Assembly: GCF_009914755.1 (NCBI RefSeq)
Contig: NC_060942.1
Reading direction: 5' to 3' (one strand)
Origin: the human T2T-CHM13v2.0 reference genome, Homo sapiens
Length of the DNA stretch: 64,000 nt
How positions within the stretch are numbered: position 1 is the stretch's first letter; each line of letters opens with the position of its first letter. The notes beneath the pieces are model-generated. The model was not told where the DNA came from, did no database searches, and saw only the letters and a program-made list of their open reading frames with translations. Of this stretch, positions 1 to 14,580 are shown piece by piece. Both the position numbers and the translations under genes were made by a program.

Positions 1-474
1 CCTGCCAGAAACTCTCATCTACATTCAGCAGAAAATGCATAAACTATCTCTGGGCTTGACAACTCACAACCAGTTAAGCCAGCTTATCTGTAAAGGGCCA
101 AAGAGTAACATTGGATATGAGATTTGTTACAGTCTGAATAGGAATACAGCAGATGAGCTGTGCAGCCAAATGGAAAGAGCCAAAGAATGCATTCATGTGC
201 TGGAAGATCAGATCAAGGAGAAGTCACAGAAGGTATAAAAGAAAACTTGGAAATGTGAAAGAAAAATGAACTTTCATCATCTCTTCAAGATAAAGAAAAA
301 TAAATGAAGGAAAAGAAAATTTGTAGAAATGTTGACCGGTAATTGCTCTGAATAAAGAAAACTTGAAAAGGCTGGTTGTGAGACATAATAGCACAATTGG
401 GAAGAAAAAAATCCTAGAACAAGTTTAGAGAATTTTAAGAATATCGAATCAAGAAAAGTTTGTAAAGGAGTTCA

Positions 475-869
475 TACAGAAAGAGAGGACTATAAAGAAA
501 GAGACTTATTTTAAGGAATTCACTCAGGTGATTATGGAGGCTGGCAAGTCCAAACTCTGTGAGGAGGGTTGGCAGATTGGAGATGAGAGAAGAGCCAGTG
601 CTTGAGTTTAAGCCCTAAGACTCCACTGCAGAAGTCCCTCTTGCTGGGGACAGAGACTGGGGGCAGTCAGTCTTGTGTTGAATTCAGGTTTTTGACTAAT
701 TAGGTTGGCCCACTCACATAATTGAGGGCACTGTGCTTCACTCTGAATTTATCATTTTAAATGTTATTTTTATCCCAAAACATCTTCCCAGAAACATCCA
801 GAGTAATGTTTGACCACATATCTGGGCAACATGACCCAGCTAAGTTGACATATAAAATTAACCATCACA
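475..869 (-). mobile_element. MLT2-family (ERVL) solo LTR
   Basis: Ends in TAAGTTGACATATAAAATTAACCATCACA, the reverse complement of the MLT2 start TGTGATGGTTAAT...TCAACTTA. Internal GGAGGCTGGCAAGTCCAAA motif. Left boundary approximate. Confidence 0.75.
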
Positions 870-873
870 ACCC

Positions 874-875
<2 letters not shown>

Positions 876-916
<41 letters not shown>
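876..916. repeat. (CA)n microsatellite
   Basis: About 20 perfect CA units seen directly. Confidence 0.97.
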
Positions 917-919
<3 letters not shown>

Positions 920-1249
920 AATTAACTTTGTGACCAGGTTTCTCAATGTCAAATCAGGATATAAGTAAAACAATGGAAAAAATAGTTTGAAAGTGTTAAA
1001 GAACTATGAATGTAAAATGCTATAGTCAAATATTTTATTTAAAGAAAATAAGGATCATATCAATCATAACATTTTATTTATATAAATCATAAAATAAGGA
1101 TACTATTAATCATAAAATTTTCAAAAGTCTACAATGGAAAAACTTTTGTAGAAAACTCTCTTAGAAGAATTAACTTGGCTGAGAGAGAAATAAATTCATG
1201 AGGACTATATGAGCTAGGTAGGAAACAGAGGTGATAAAATAATTCAGTA

Positions 1250-1541
1250 GCCAGGTGCAGTGGCTCACACCTGTAATCCCAGCACTTTGGGAGGCTGAGG
1301 TGAGCGGATCACGAAGTCAGGAGATTGAGACCATCCTGGCTAACACAGTGAAACCCTGTCTCTGCTAAAAATACAAAAAATTAGCTGGGCTTGGTGGCGG
1401 GCGCCGGTAGTCCCAGCTACTCAGGAGGCTGAGGCAGGAGAATCTCTTGAACTGGGAGGCAGAGGTTGCAGTTAGCTCATATCGCACCACTGCACTCCAG
1501 CCTGGGAGACAGAGCAAGATTCCATCTCAAAAAATAATAAT
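1250..1541 (+). mobile_element. Alu (AluSc-like), full length
   Basis: Dimeric Alu with A/AAT tail. TSD AATAATTCAGTA at 1238-1249 and 1542-1553. Confidence 0.95.
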
Positions 1542-1628
1542 AATAATTCAGTAAATTATGATGTTGCCTAAAAAGAATTAAACACAATCTGTACATATAA
1601 TGACCCTCCTTCCCAAAATCACCCTAGA

Positions 1629-1967
1629 TTAGTGCTGTCCAATAGAAATATAATACAAGACACAAATGTTAGCCACTTTGTAATTTTAAGTTTCTTAGTA
1701 GCCGTATTAGAAATAGTAAAAAGAAACAGGTGAAATTTATTTTAATAATATATATAAAATATTAGACCTAATACTATATATCTTCAAAATGTTGTTTTAA
1801 CATGTAGTCAAGAAAAACAATTATTAAGGAGGTATTTTATATTTCTGTTTTTTACAGTCTTTTAAATCTGGTGTATATTTGACGCTTAAATCTCAATTTG
1901 GACTAACTACATCTTAATTACTTAGTCACCACATGTAACTAGTATCTGCCATTTTGGAAGAATACAG
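1629..1967. mobile_element. MER33 (hAT-Charlie non-autonomous DNA transposon)
   Basis: Begins AGTGCTGTCCAATAGAAATATAAT and contains GTAAAAAGAAACAGGTGAAATT and CCACATGTAACTAGT, as in the recalled MER33 consensus. Confidence 0.8.
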
Positions 1968-2879
1968 TTCCCGATGATGCCAACATAGTGAATGGTCATC
2001 TTGATAGTGTCTAAAATTCCACAGTAAATTAGTGGTACATGCTTAGGGTGGGGCACCAAATAAAGTAGGGTCAGTCTTTGATGAATATCCAACAGATCTG
2101 GTAGACAGAACTTCCAAATGCAGATTTTTTTTTCTCAATTTATAGCAGAATATATGTTGAATTAGCATTTCTGGCTATGGCCACAGTGTATTGATGCTTG
2201 CTAACTTTTAAGCTGTTATTTTTTTTCTGGGTAGAAACATATTTAGTAAAAATGTTGTATTAAAATTGACATAAAGTTATAAAATACTTTTAAAAGTTTT
2301 TTTTTATTATTTACAACTGTGATTTTCTTGAACCATTAATCCTTATCCCTTAACTCATTTTACACATGACATATTGAATGCATAATTAATAGACCAGACA
2401 TACATCTAGTAGAAAAATAATAGTTTTAATTTTAAGCTGTCATCACCCTAAAAGAAAAACTGCTTTCGTGAATCCTGATGAGTCATCATCCTCTAAAAAT
2501 AAATACTATATTTTTTCAGAATGATTCTCATTCTCACCTAAAGCTTGAAAATCCTCATCCCCATCTGCAAAAACTCAAAGAACAAAGTGCTTTGAGACTC
2601 CAAAAAGCCTCTTTTGCTCAGGCAACAAATGCTATTTTCCTCCTTTTTATGTCACTCATGCTTCACAGGCAGCTTTTAGCACCTGCCATTAGATGTCAGA
2701 TGTTAAAACCTGGAAAAACAATGACTAAGTAACTGTGTTAGTGAACTACGATATGGAGTGGAGAGTTGGTCTAATTAGTGCTAAGGGAATCAGGGTGTAG
2801 GACTGATCTGTCTTTTTCAGAAACTAAGAAATTTTAAAAGTGTATCACAGAAAGAAATGAAGCATATCAAGTGTACCTC

Positions 2880-3205
2880 TTTTTCCCTACTGTCCTAGCC
2901 CTTGCTGATTTTTCCCAGGAACATCCCTGAACTGGCCTTCCTCAGGTTCTTTACTCAAACGATCCATAGTTCTCTGAATATCCCTCTTTTGTGTTCACAC
3001 CCACACAGCGTTTACACTTCAGTGTACACCTTCTCTTTAGAATTCAGCTCAGACATCCCCTCTGCCCACACAGCGGGTGAAATTGTATTCAATGAGCAGA
3101 GCTGTTTTGCCACTGACTACACTGTGATCTAAATACTTGTTTACTTGTGTATCTCCCTCCACTTAGTCACTCATACTTATGGCCCTGGCATTCTCAAATG
3201 TTTTG
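2880..3205 (+). mobile_element. Degraded L2 3' fragment
   Basis: TTGTTTACTTGTGTATCTCCCTCCACTTAG...CTCAAATGTTT resembles a decayed L2 3' end. Confidence 0.4.
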
Positions 3206-5667
3206 CAACACACACACATACACACATGAAGCAATACTTCTTAAAAATTCAAAACATCCCAATGCCTTTCCTTTGCCTAAAAAACAAAGTAGTATATGAT
3301 TTTTTGGCTCCAGATTATATGATTCTTTATAAGAGGAAATGACTACGGTTACATTATTTAGTTGACAAGATTTTGTCATACCAGTGCTGAATCTCAGTAA
3401 AAATGTGAAGTCTTTTGATGGTGATGTGCACAGATCTGCATACATGCATGGTCATATGTGCCATGTTTGTAGTGACATCACTTACAGGAAAACTCATATT
3501 CACTTGCCCTTGGGCTGTATATCTCACATTAAAACTTGCATGTAGAAAGTTGCTGATAATTGTGGTGCGGGTTGCTCTTTTCTACGCATTTGGCAATTTT
3601 CGTTCTGTTGTTTTTCCTGTTGTTGCTATTTAAGTTACTAGAATGATTATCTAGGTTGAAACGTTAACTTATCTATGTGAAAATATGTGTACTATTTCTT
3701 AGCTTTCTTATTTGATGTCATTTGAATCCTGGGGGAAACTATGAGCCTTCTCTTCATGGCAGCCTTCCCTCGGGATCTGAGTTGTCTATCAGTGCCTGTT
3801 ATCATTTTCAAAAGAAAAAAAAATTAGAAATGCAGAAGAATTTGTATGAAGAGTGATTATGGCCTATCATTTCATCGTGGCGCGTGGGATTTAAATACAC
3901 TATTCTCTCTTCAAATGCCTGTGTCAGTCTTCGGGATCTGCTGATTATTGATCTGCCGGTAGTCAGCCTCTTTGTGAGAAGTGGGTGTAATTATAATGAG
4001 AGGAATAAAAGTCTTTTTTATTTTTCCTCTACAACCGAGGGAGTGGAGAGATCAAGGAAAAAATATACTAAAGGGAAATAAACAAGTCAGGTTAGGGAAT
4101 CTTAGAACTGACCACATGAGAACCCGGCGCCCAGGCTGAGGCTCTGCTGTCTATCTAGCAGCTGACACATCACAGCCTTTATCCCTCTCTCCTCCTGACT
4201 CAGGCACGGTTCCTTGACTTTCTTTCATTACAAGATAGCAAGTACATCTGGCTAAAATGCCATTTTCATGAATCAGGGCCCATTCTATACACACTAAGGT
4301 AAATCTCTTCAGCTTTCTTTAATATGCATTTATCAGCTATTTATTATGCTGTATTTTTCCCCCATATCTTAAAAACTGGTAACGTTACAAACAGAATGCT
4401 TATAGGGTGTTGGATTTTCTTAAGTCTATTTATATGGATTACTTTAGTAGACAGGCAATGCTGTTTGGCACATCTGGAAATAATGCCAATGCACTATTTT
4501 TCATAATTTTGCCATTAATAGTATACCTTTCAATATGAAATACTTAGCGATGATGCTTTCAGACTCATCACTAAACTGAAGGTCTTCAAACGAAGACAAA
4601 GTAAGATCAGACAAGAGAAATCCTGAAAAATGATAAACTTTAGCTTTTACCTGTATTTTAAAGAAAGAATAGGCTCCCCTTCAATTAACTTTTGTTATTA
4701 CACAGTTAAATTGCCACAACCAATCAAGTACAATTGATTTTCAACTAAGACATACATACCATTATTCTGAAATGAAAACTTTAAAAAGTTTCAATGCATA
4801 AGAGCTTTATTTTATCAAGCTCCGTAGAGTGTCCATAGATATTCTTGTTAAAGATATAGCAAAAATATGAATGACTTATTTTGACGTATTTGAAATGTAC
4901 ATCAATTACTGCACAGGTAGGAACAAAATACAGACTTTACACTTCTTAGAGTACTACTCTTTTCAAGAGGAAAATTTAAATGGAAGTGAAAACAAACTTC
5001 ACCCAGATATTCTGAATATTACCAATTCAACTTTTTCTATACACACTCTTCTGTAATCTAAATTTTCAGTAAAAACTATATTTAAGGTTTTCACACACTT
5101 CCATATTTTATATTAATAACTCTTATCTGTCACATATTAACCAAGCTACCAATTATTAAAATCTCTTTGAACCAATGAAAACAAGATGTGATATCTCTTT
5201 TATATCAACATATCTATAAATTGCATTTGTTTCAAACCCTGCCCCCAATGTGCTGCTAAAGTCAACACAATATGCAAAGATAACACTTTTATAAATGAAC
5301 ATTTATAAGAACTTATTTATCTACATGTCAGTATTGTTCTTGGGACACCCACATAACAGTTCTGAGTTAGATATTGCAGTTATTTTTTCTTACTTTATCT
5401 AACTTCCCCTTCAATTTTCTGAAAATATATTCTTAGAAGTTGAGCTTTTGTACCCCAGAGAATGGACATTTTGTTTTTAGTATGCACATTTAAGTGGCAA
5501 TTTTACAATCACATTTTTATGTGTATCTTAAACTATTTCAGTTTATAGTCTGAAATATATAATACAAGGAAAAAAGTATATGAAATACACATATATTTTA
5601 AAAGAACAGAAATAAAACAAACACTCATGTCACCACTACACAGATGAAGAAATAAAATATTGGCAGT

Positions 5668-6029
<362 letters not shown>

Positions 6030-6724
6030 TTATTTCTGTCTCTGTCTCACTACCTTTGTCTCATGCACAGTTTTATGAGTACAATATTGTAATAGAAAAA
6101 TCACAGATTAGTATCAAATCTCAAAAAAATGTTTTAAGGTGCCTTGACATGTCTTAAATACAATTTTTCAAATTGAAAGCATTGATGTCAAGGGTATGTC
6201 TAGTAGGATTAAGCACAGTATTTTGTAAACATAAGAGCTATAAATAATAAGTAACCACCAAGTATATCATGATTAATAAAATCAATCTAGTTGCAAAGTA
6301 GACTTTTGAGAATACACTATTTTTCTAGTTTAATTTCTGAATGGTTCTTCTCAGAACCTTCCAACATATGATTTGAAGTAAGTAAAGTGAAGTAAACTGC
6401 AAATGTATGTAGATTCATACCCAGGTTCAGAAAATGGCAAAATAGAGATGTATGTGAGTAAACAGACCAGCTCTGCAGCTGTAAAAACAACTTGGAGGCA
6501 CCATGTCAGACAAAACGGGATCCACTGAATTATCCAATAAATCTCTACTGATTTTGGGGGATGTGTTCCTGGAACAAGAACAGGAGGCAAGATTGGAAAG
6601 GAGTCAGCAGTCACACATTGACATTTCATCATGATCTGATTTTATTTAGCAACCTACACTCCAACTAGTTTAAAGTATCTATAGACAACAATATAAAGTT
6701 GAACTAAACTTAAAAAGCTCCAGA

Positions 6725-8737
6725 TATTTTTGCTTAGGATTGTCTTGGGTAAACAGGCTGTTTTTTGGTTCCATATGAAATTTAAAGTAGTTTTTCATAG
6801 TTCTGTAAAGAAAGTCAATGGTTGCTTGATGGGAATAGTATTGAATCTATATATTACTTTGGGCAGTGTGGCCATTTTCATGATATTGATTCTTCCTATC
6901 CTTGAGCATGGAATGTTTTTCCATTTGTTTGTGTCCTCTCTTATTTCCTTGAGTAGTGGTTTGTAGTTCCCCTTGAAGAGGTCCTTCACGTCCCTTGTAA
7001 GTTGGATTGCTAGGTATTTTATTTTCTTTGTAGCAATTGTGAATGAAAGCTCACTCATGATTTGGCTCTCTTTTTGTCTATTATTGAGGTATAGAAATGC
7101 TTGCGATTTTTGCACATTGATTTTGTATCCTGAAACTTTGCTGAAGTTGCTTATCAGCTTAAGGAGTTTTGGGGCTGAGACAATGGGGTTTTCTAAATAT
7201 ACAATCATGTCATCTTCAAACAGAGACAATTTGACTTCCTCTGTTTCTATTTGAATACCCTTTATTTCTCATCATGCTACTTGACCTCAAACTATACTAC
7301 AAGGCTACAGTAACCAAAACAGCATGGTACTGGTACCAAAAGAGATATATAGACCAATGGAACAGAACAGAGGCCTCAGAAATAATAACACACATCTACA
7401 ACTATCTGATCTTCAACAAATCTGACAAAAATAAGCAATGCAGGAACATTCCCTATTTAGCAAATAGTGCTGGGAAAACGGGCTAGCCATATGCAGAAAA
7501 CTGAAACTGGATCCCTTCCTTATATCTTATGCAAAAATTAACTCAAAATGGATTAAAGACTTAAATATAAGACCTAAAACCTTAAAAACCCTAGAAGAAA
7601 ACCTAGGCAATACCATTCAGGACATAGGCATGGGTAAAGGCTTCATGACTAAAACACCAAAAGCAATTTCAACAAAAGCCAAAATTGACAAATGGGATCT
7701 AATTAAACTAAAAAGCTTCTTCACAGCAAAAGAAATTACCATCGGAGTGAACAGGCAACCTACAGAATGGGAGAAAATTTTTGCAATATATCCGTCTGAC
7801 AAAGATCTAATATCCAGAATCTACAAGGAACTTAAAGACATTTACAAGAAAAAAACAACCAACCCCATTGAAAAGTGGGCAAAGGATATGAACAGACACT
7901 TCTCAAAAGAAGACATTTATGTGGCTAAAAAAAATTATGAAAAAAAGCTCATCGTCTTTGGTCATTAGAGAAATGCAAATTGAAACCACAATGAGAAACC
8001 ATCTCACACCAGATAGAATGGCAGTCACTAAAGTCTGGAAACAACAGATGCTTGTGAGGATGCGGAGAAATAGCAAGACTTTTACACTGTTGGTGGGAGT
8101 GTAAATTAGTTCAAACATTGTGGAAGACAGGTGGAGATTCCTCAAGGATCTAGAAATACCATTTGACCCAGCAATCCCATTACTGGGTATATACCCAAAG
8201 GATTATAAATCATTCTGCTATAAAGACACATGTGCACCTATGTTTATTTCAGCACTGTTTACAGTAGCAAAGACTTGAGACCAACCCCAATGCCCATCAA
8301 TGATAGACTGGACAAAGATAATATGGCTCACGTACACCATGGAATACTATGCAGCCATAAAAAAGAATGAGTTCATGTCCTTTGCAGGGACATGGATGAA
8401 GCTGGAAACCATCATTCTCAGCAAACTAACACAGGAACAGAAAACCAAACACCAGATGTTCTCCCTCATAAGTGGGAGTTGAACAATGAGAACACACAGA
8501 CACAGGGAGGGGGTCATCATACACTGGGACCTATTGGGGGATGTGGGGAAACGGGAGGGAGGGCATTAGGACAAATACCTAATGCATGTAGGGCTAAAAC
8601 CTAGATGATGGGTTGATAGGTGCAGCAAACCACCATGGCACATGTATACCTATGTAACAAACCTGCACATTCTGCACATGTATCCCAGAACTTAAAGTAT
8701 AATTTAAAAAAAATAAATAAAATAAATACCCAACAGA
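6725..8737 (+). mobile_element. 5'-truncated, 5'-inverted L1PA (about L1PA7-8)
   Basis: 6725-7269 is ORF2 RT sequence on the minus strand ([10 protein letters not shown]..., ORF 6795-7229). 7270-8726 is the ORF2 C-terminus, 3'UTR and A-rich tail on the plus strand. TSD AAAAAGCTCCAGA at 6712-6724 and 8738-8750. Confidence 0.95.
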
Positions 8738-10874
8738 AAAAAGCTCCAGAAAATTATATAATAAAACATCATTCAATATGAAAATTATGAACAATTATTC
8801 CCTAATATGTCTAGTCCATGAATCAAGTCTTATATTGACAATTACTTAAAGCCTACACAACAGTTATCTTTCATACGTGTTTCAAATGCACTTTTATATT
8901 TTAAAAATAAAAACAAATTTCTTCAATGTCGCTGTATATGAACTCAGTGAAGAAAGCAGAATTTTTATTCTGGGAATCATGACTGTATTACTGCTTTATT
9001 TTATATATATGTTATGTAATGATGTGTCATCTTGAGTGAGGCTATCTGGAAGCTATATTTTTACCCTTTATATTTTAAACACAATGTTTAGCTTTTCTAG
9101 TGGGTTCTCCTCAAATATTAATTCTCCATATGAGAATTAATACATAATCATGATAAGTATAACCTACTTGGAGGAGATGATATTTACACATTGGAATCTC
9201 AACATACCACAGTTAAAGGGACATTTAATGAAGTCATACAAGAATAATCAAATTAACCATGACTGTCAATCAAGTGCTGTTAGAAGCTCAAAACTCCAAT
9301 CTCACTCTTTTTACCAAAAAAGTGGGGCTATAAAACCTACTTCATGATGCAGAACATAACATTTTATGGAAGGATCTGAATTGAGGGCACATAATTCACA
9401 TTATTCAAGACAGGAAAAGTAAACTGTTAAGGAGCTACACAAAAAGAGATAAAATCTATTTAAGGGTAATAGGTAGCTAGCAGTGGGAATATTTCCGTGT
9501 GTACCTTCCAAAACAAAAAAAAAAATTTAAGTCAGACATTATACTCGGTTACTTATTTTCTATGAATGTTTGAAAATTACAGATTTAGAAACTAATAGAG
9601 GCAGATTTTTCTACAATTACTATGAAAGTCTCCAACAACTCTTGGTGAGTGAAGAAAGAAAACTGTAGGATAAGGGAAAAAAAAGCAGCATATAAACTGA
9701 ATGAGAATATAGAACATTTTATTTTCCATATCCAGTTAAAGGTTTTTCATCAATTACTAATGAGAGGAAATTTAAAGTTAGCTCAACAACAATGTGTAAA
9801 ACATAGATACCATATAATATTATAGATAATATGTAACATGTATTAATTCCTATGTATCTTAAATAAATTGCCCCATATGTCATGCAACCAGAATCTTCTT
9901 CAAACTTAATTCTATGGACATGATCAGAAATGACTTTAGCTTGACTCTTGGAAGCTAATTTTTCTTTTGGCCTTATATGAAAATTTAGGCCACACTTTTT
10001 TTGGTTTGTTTAGCCTTAGAAAATTATATACTCACTCAAAATAACAAACACAATCTCAATGCAGTAATTAAATGAGTTCAGTCCCAGGCAATTCAATCTT
10101 TGATTGTTAGGAGACCTTCCACATCACCAGGGCCATTTGATTTGCCGAGTCCTTCATGCAGTAAATGTATTCCTATCCCAGCCAGTCAATTACTACTTCT
10201 TTAGCCTCCAGAAATTTGATGTCATCTTATTTCCTCTCTAAGTCAGGTTTATCTCTTCCTGTGGCTTTATTGAACAGAACTCAATACAGTTTTACACGAG
10301 TACTCTATTGTATGCGTCCTATCCCTCATCCATATGAAACACACTTCCTTTGCCCAAACGAATCCTGGACTGCAGATCAGTGCAGCCACCAGGTGCACAT
10401 GTTAAGTTCTCAATTTTTCCACCAAAAAAATAAAAAAATTAAAAATTAAAACAACCCCACCACTCACTATGTTGGAAGTGAGGAAGGTACCCCAAACTAT
10501 TTCTTATAGGGAGATTATAAGTCTAATAAAGGGTGACTTTAAATGTACATATGTGCGTGTGCATATATAAAATATGGATATATATATATATAACAACTAT
10601 ATGAAACATATGTATATATACAGAAAACATAGTCATACACATAATAGGTAAAATATAGACAGCCTTCCCCTTTTAGAACAGGGATGAGAAAAAGATTCTT
10701 CACTACAGCATCTTCTGTCTGTTCTTCCTGCCCCATTCCCAAAGCTGTTCATCAGTCATTCTTTGGGGCAGATGAATGCCACCATGCATAACAACCAAAA
10801 TAGATTGCACTTATTGTCATCAAGTGTTCCTCTAAAATCCAAGACTAGACTCAGTTATTTAAACTGAACTGAGA

Positions 10875-11233
<359 letters not shown>

Positions 11234-13938
11234 CTACCAATTGGCCAAGATGTCACGTCGGAGACAGTCAATATCTGTCCCCCACCTCAACTGATGTAGG
11301 TCCCTCTTAGGGGTCCCAACAATAATAGATAGCCATTTTTCCCCAGGGATATCATGTGCACCCCCAAGAATATTTACTGTGTGGAAGCCAGTTACTACCT
11401 TTCCTCCCTCCCAAAAACATGTGACTTGCACTCTAAGGGTAGCAATAAAGATCTTCAAGTGTTTAAGAAAACACGACCAATAGATCATGTACATCTAATA
11501 TGATTGTGCAGATCTCAAAAATGAGACTAACTTTGCATACGCATGGAGGATATTTAGACGTTTCACTTACTTGTATATGACTATAATTTGTGCTTACACT
11601 GTGAGAACTTATTCTTACATGGGAGTCCTCTAATTAAAAAGAGTATGAATACAGGTATTTCTGACATTATCTAACGTAATGAATTACGCCACCTTGACAA
11701 TGGAAGGCTACCAGACTATCCTCAAGTCACAGGTCAGGGAGGTTATGGATGGTAGAATTGTCTTATGCAATCTCTAATACTTCCTACCGCACCTGGTTTA
11801 TATTTCAGGCCAAGTAGAATTATTAATATGAAAGTTTAAGGAGAAATATCAATAGAGAAATTTTAGGAGAAAACTACCGGCATTTCTAGGATAGACTCCA
11901 ATGAGATTTCTGCAGTTGAGCCTCTGGGATCCTACAGGAATAGCAGCGGTCAATACTGCCAGATGGCTTCATCCTGATATCTGGGATTGTGTTGATAGTG
12001 GTCGTAGTCTTAAGTAAAAGCTGTTTGAGTTGAATTGAACAGATGTGGTTTCAGTTTTTGTTGGTCATATTCATCTGAGTGACTAATATAATAGCATACA
12101 TATGAGAAAATTCTTCAGAAACCAGGAGAATGTCGAGAAAATTGTTGTCAGATAATTCTCTGTAGATCTCTCTCATTTCTGCATATCTTGAATGCACAGG
12201 TACTAATTGACCTTTGTTCTGGAGCAAAGAGCAGCCATGTATGCTGTTTAGAATAATGAATAAGTTGTCTGTCTGTGGCAAAGATCAGGCCTGCTGACTC
12301 CCGGTTTTGAAAGACTTGGGTTCCATAAGCTCAGGAATCCTCTCCTGTAGAATGTGTTCAAGCATTTATCTGGGCACTTCTTGGAAACAAAGGAAACTGG
12401 CAAATATGCAGATGCTCATGCTTCTTGCTTTGTTGTGAGTAATAAATTACTTTTTACTTTAATACAATGCATATTAATTAAATTTTAGGTCTTTAATAAA
12501 CAAAAAATAGTTTTGCATTATATAGAAAACTGAGGAGCATTTGATAAACATTTAAATCATTTCCCAAGTTTATATCATTTTACTCAAAAATTCAAATTTA
12601 TTCAGAAAAAAATGAAGCCTCTAATATTAATATTTAGAAGAACTAGGAACACCCTTGAGCTAGATTGCTCTGGGATCTCATCACAGAAGAGGCATGAGGT
12701 TAGCCAGGGATTGGAGGTTGACTATGACTTTGCCAACACGCCTAATGGTGTAAGGTAAAGATAAGTGAGAAGATAATATGATCAAAGTTATAGAAACGGA
12801 AATATGGAAAGGAAAAAATGAGACATTTACTCACTGAAAAGAACATTAATTAGGGTAAGCAAAAGAAAAACAGTAAGAATCCGGTATTTTTGTATGGCAT
12901 AAACTTGAATATTCAGAGAAAATTATGATCTCAAAATGTTAGAACAATTTTCTTATTTGTATTTATTGAATTCTATTACTTCTCTGGGACTAGAACAGTT
13001 ACATCAGATTGACACTCACAGATTTACAAAAGTGCATTGTTTTTCACACAAGCGTTTTTCAGGATAGGAGCAGGGATAGTTAGTTTCCAATGAATCTGAA
13101 ACCAGTTTATGAATATGGAACATTTGGGTTAAGAATTTGCATTGTGTCAAAGATACTCATCTCACAGTTAGCACTGTTTTTTCAAGTAACTCAAAACACT
13201 AAGTGGAGAGAACAAACAGACGTTTGAATATCTTGGTGTTTTTACATAAAAGCTACACATTATTTCCAATCTGAAGGCTTCATTTTCATGTTCATTTGTG
13301 GAAGCTGTAGTTATAAATTTAACAGGTGGTGCATTCCCTCGTGCCAGAACAGGGCAGATGGATCCCTCCTCACTGTTGCTGGTCATTAATGGTAAGCAGC
13401 TGCCCCACCAGAAAAGTGAGACAGCAGATGAGTCACAACCTCATGTTAATTCATTTCTGCAGTGACTCAACCACTTCATTTTAATGGGCTTGTTCAAACA
13501 TTTTCTTTCTTCCATTGTACATCACAACTTTAGTAATTAAAAATTGATTTCTACATACCACACATGCGCATGTATGCTGTGTGTATATGTATGTATGTTT
13601 TACTTTTCTCCTTAAAATATAATTCTCCCTTATAAATAGGAGGCTGTCATCATCCGATGGTGGGTTATAAGGCATACCAGCGATGCTGGTTTCCCAAAAA
13701 TATTGTTCTTTATTAGCACATTTTAGTTCTGACAATTCACATTGTATATTTGTTCTGTTAGTGTAAGACATTTGGCCTTAAGTGCCTTTTTCAAATGCAA
13801 ATTATCCTTATAGCAACACTAAACCATTAGCAGTTATTAATAATTTATCTTGGACATGTTTATTTTATGAGGAAGACTGCAAGTGAATTTTGACATCCAT
13901 AGTAAGAGCAGCAAATTTCACAGTTTAAGAATAATTTA

Positions 13939-14093
13939 TGCTGGATACGATGGCTCATGCCTGTAATTCAGCACTTAGGGAGGCCAAGGCGGGTGGATCA
14001 CTTAAGCCCAGGAGTTTGAGGTTAAAGTGAGCTATAATCACACCACTGCACTCCAGCCAGATTGACAGAGCAAGGCCCTGTCTCAAAAAAATA
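13939..14093 (+). mobile_element. Monomeric Alu (FRAM-like or left/right-arm hybrid)
   Basis: Single monomer of ~155 bp with A tail. TSD AAGAATAATTTA at 13927-13938 and 14094-14105. Confidence 0.88.
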
Positions 14094-14220
14094 AAGAATA
14101 ATTTACCATATCTGACTGTGACCAGTAATTTCTTGGGAAGCTTGTGAAAAAGAAGTTTTCAGGCTTTAATTCCAGAAACTCTCTTATTTAGTAAATGTGG
14201 ATAGGGCATCACAATCTATT

Positions 14221-14580
14221 TGTACAAGTCCGTTCTCACGCTGCTATGAAGAAACACTGGAGACTGGGTAATTTACAAAGAAAAGAGGTTTTTAATTGGC
14301 TCATAGTTCCACATTGCTGGGGAAGCCTCAGGAAACTTAGAGTCATGGTGGAAGACACCTCCTCACAGGGCAGCAGGAGAGAGAATGAGTGCCAGCAGGG
14401 AAAGTGACAGATGCTTATAAAATCATCAGATCTTGTGAGACTCACCATCACAAGAATAGCATGACGGAAATGCGCCCATGATTCAATCACTTCTCACAGC
14501 GTCCCTCCCGTGACACTTGGGGGTTATAAGAACTACAATTCAAGATGAGATTTGGGTGGGGACCCAGCCAAACCATATCA
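14221..14580 (-). mobile_element. THE1D/MSTA-type MaLR solo LTR
   Basis: TGTACAAGTCCGTTCTCACGCTGCTATGAAG...CCAAACCATATCA. Near-perfect 5-bp TSD CTATT/CTACT. The flanks look like a split MER5 fragment. Confidence 0.92.

Noticed and set aside
80-470. MER58-like word (TCTGTAAAGGGCCA) and L1 ORF1-like A-rich text
   Set aside because: Too short and degraded to call reliably.
13326-13397. Possible short exon (AACAG|GTGG...AATG|GTAAGC)
   Set aside because: The donor is good but the acceptor lacks a polypyrimidine tract and the peptide is unrecognisable. It cannot be supported without transcript data.
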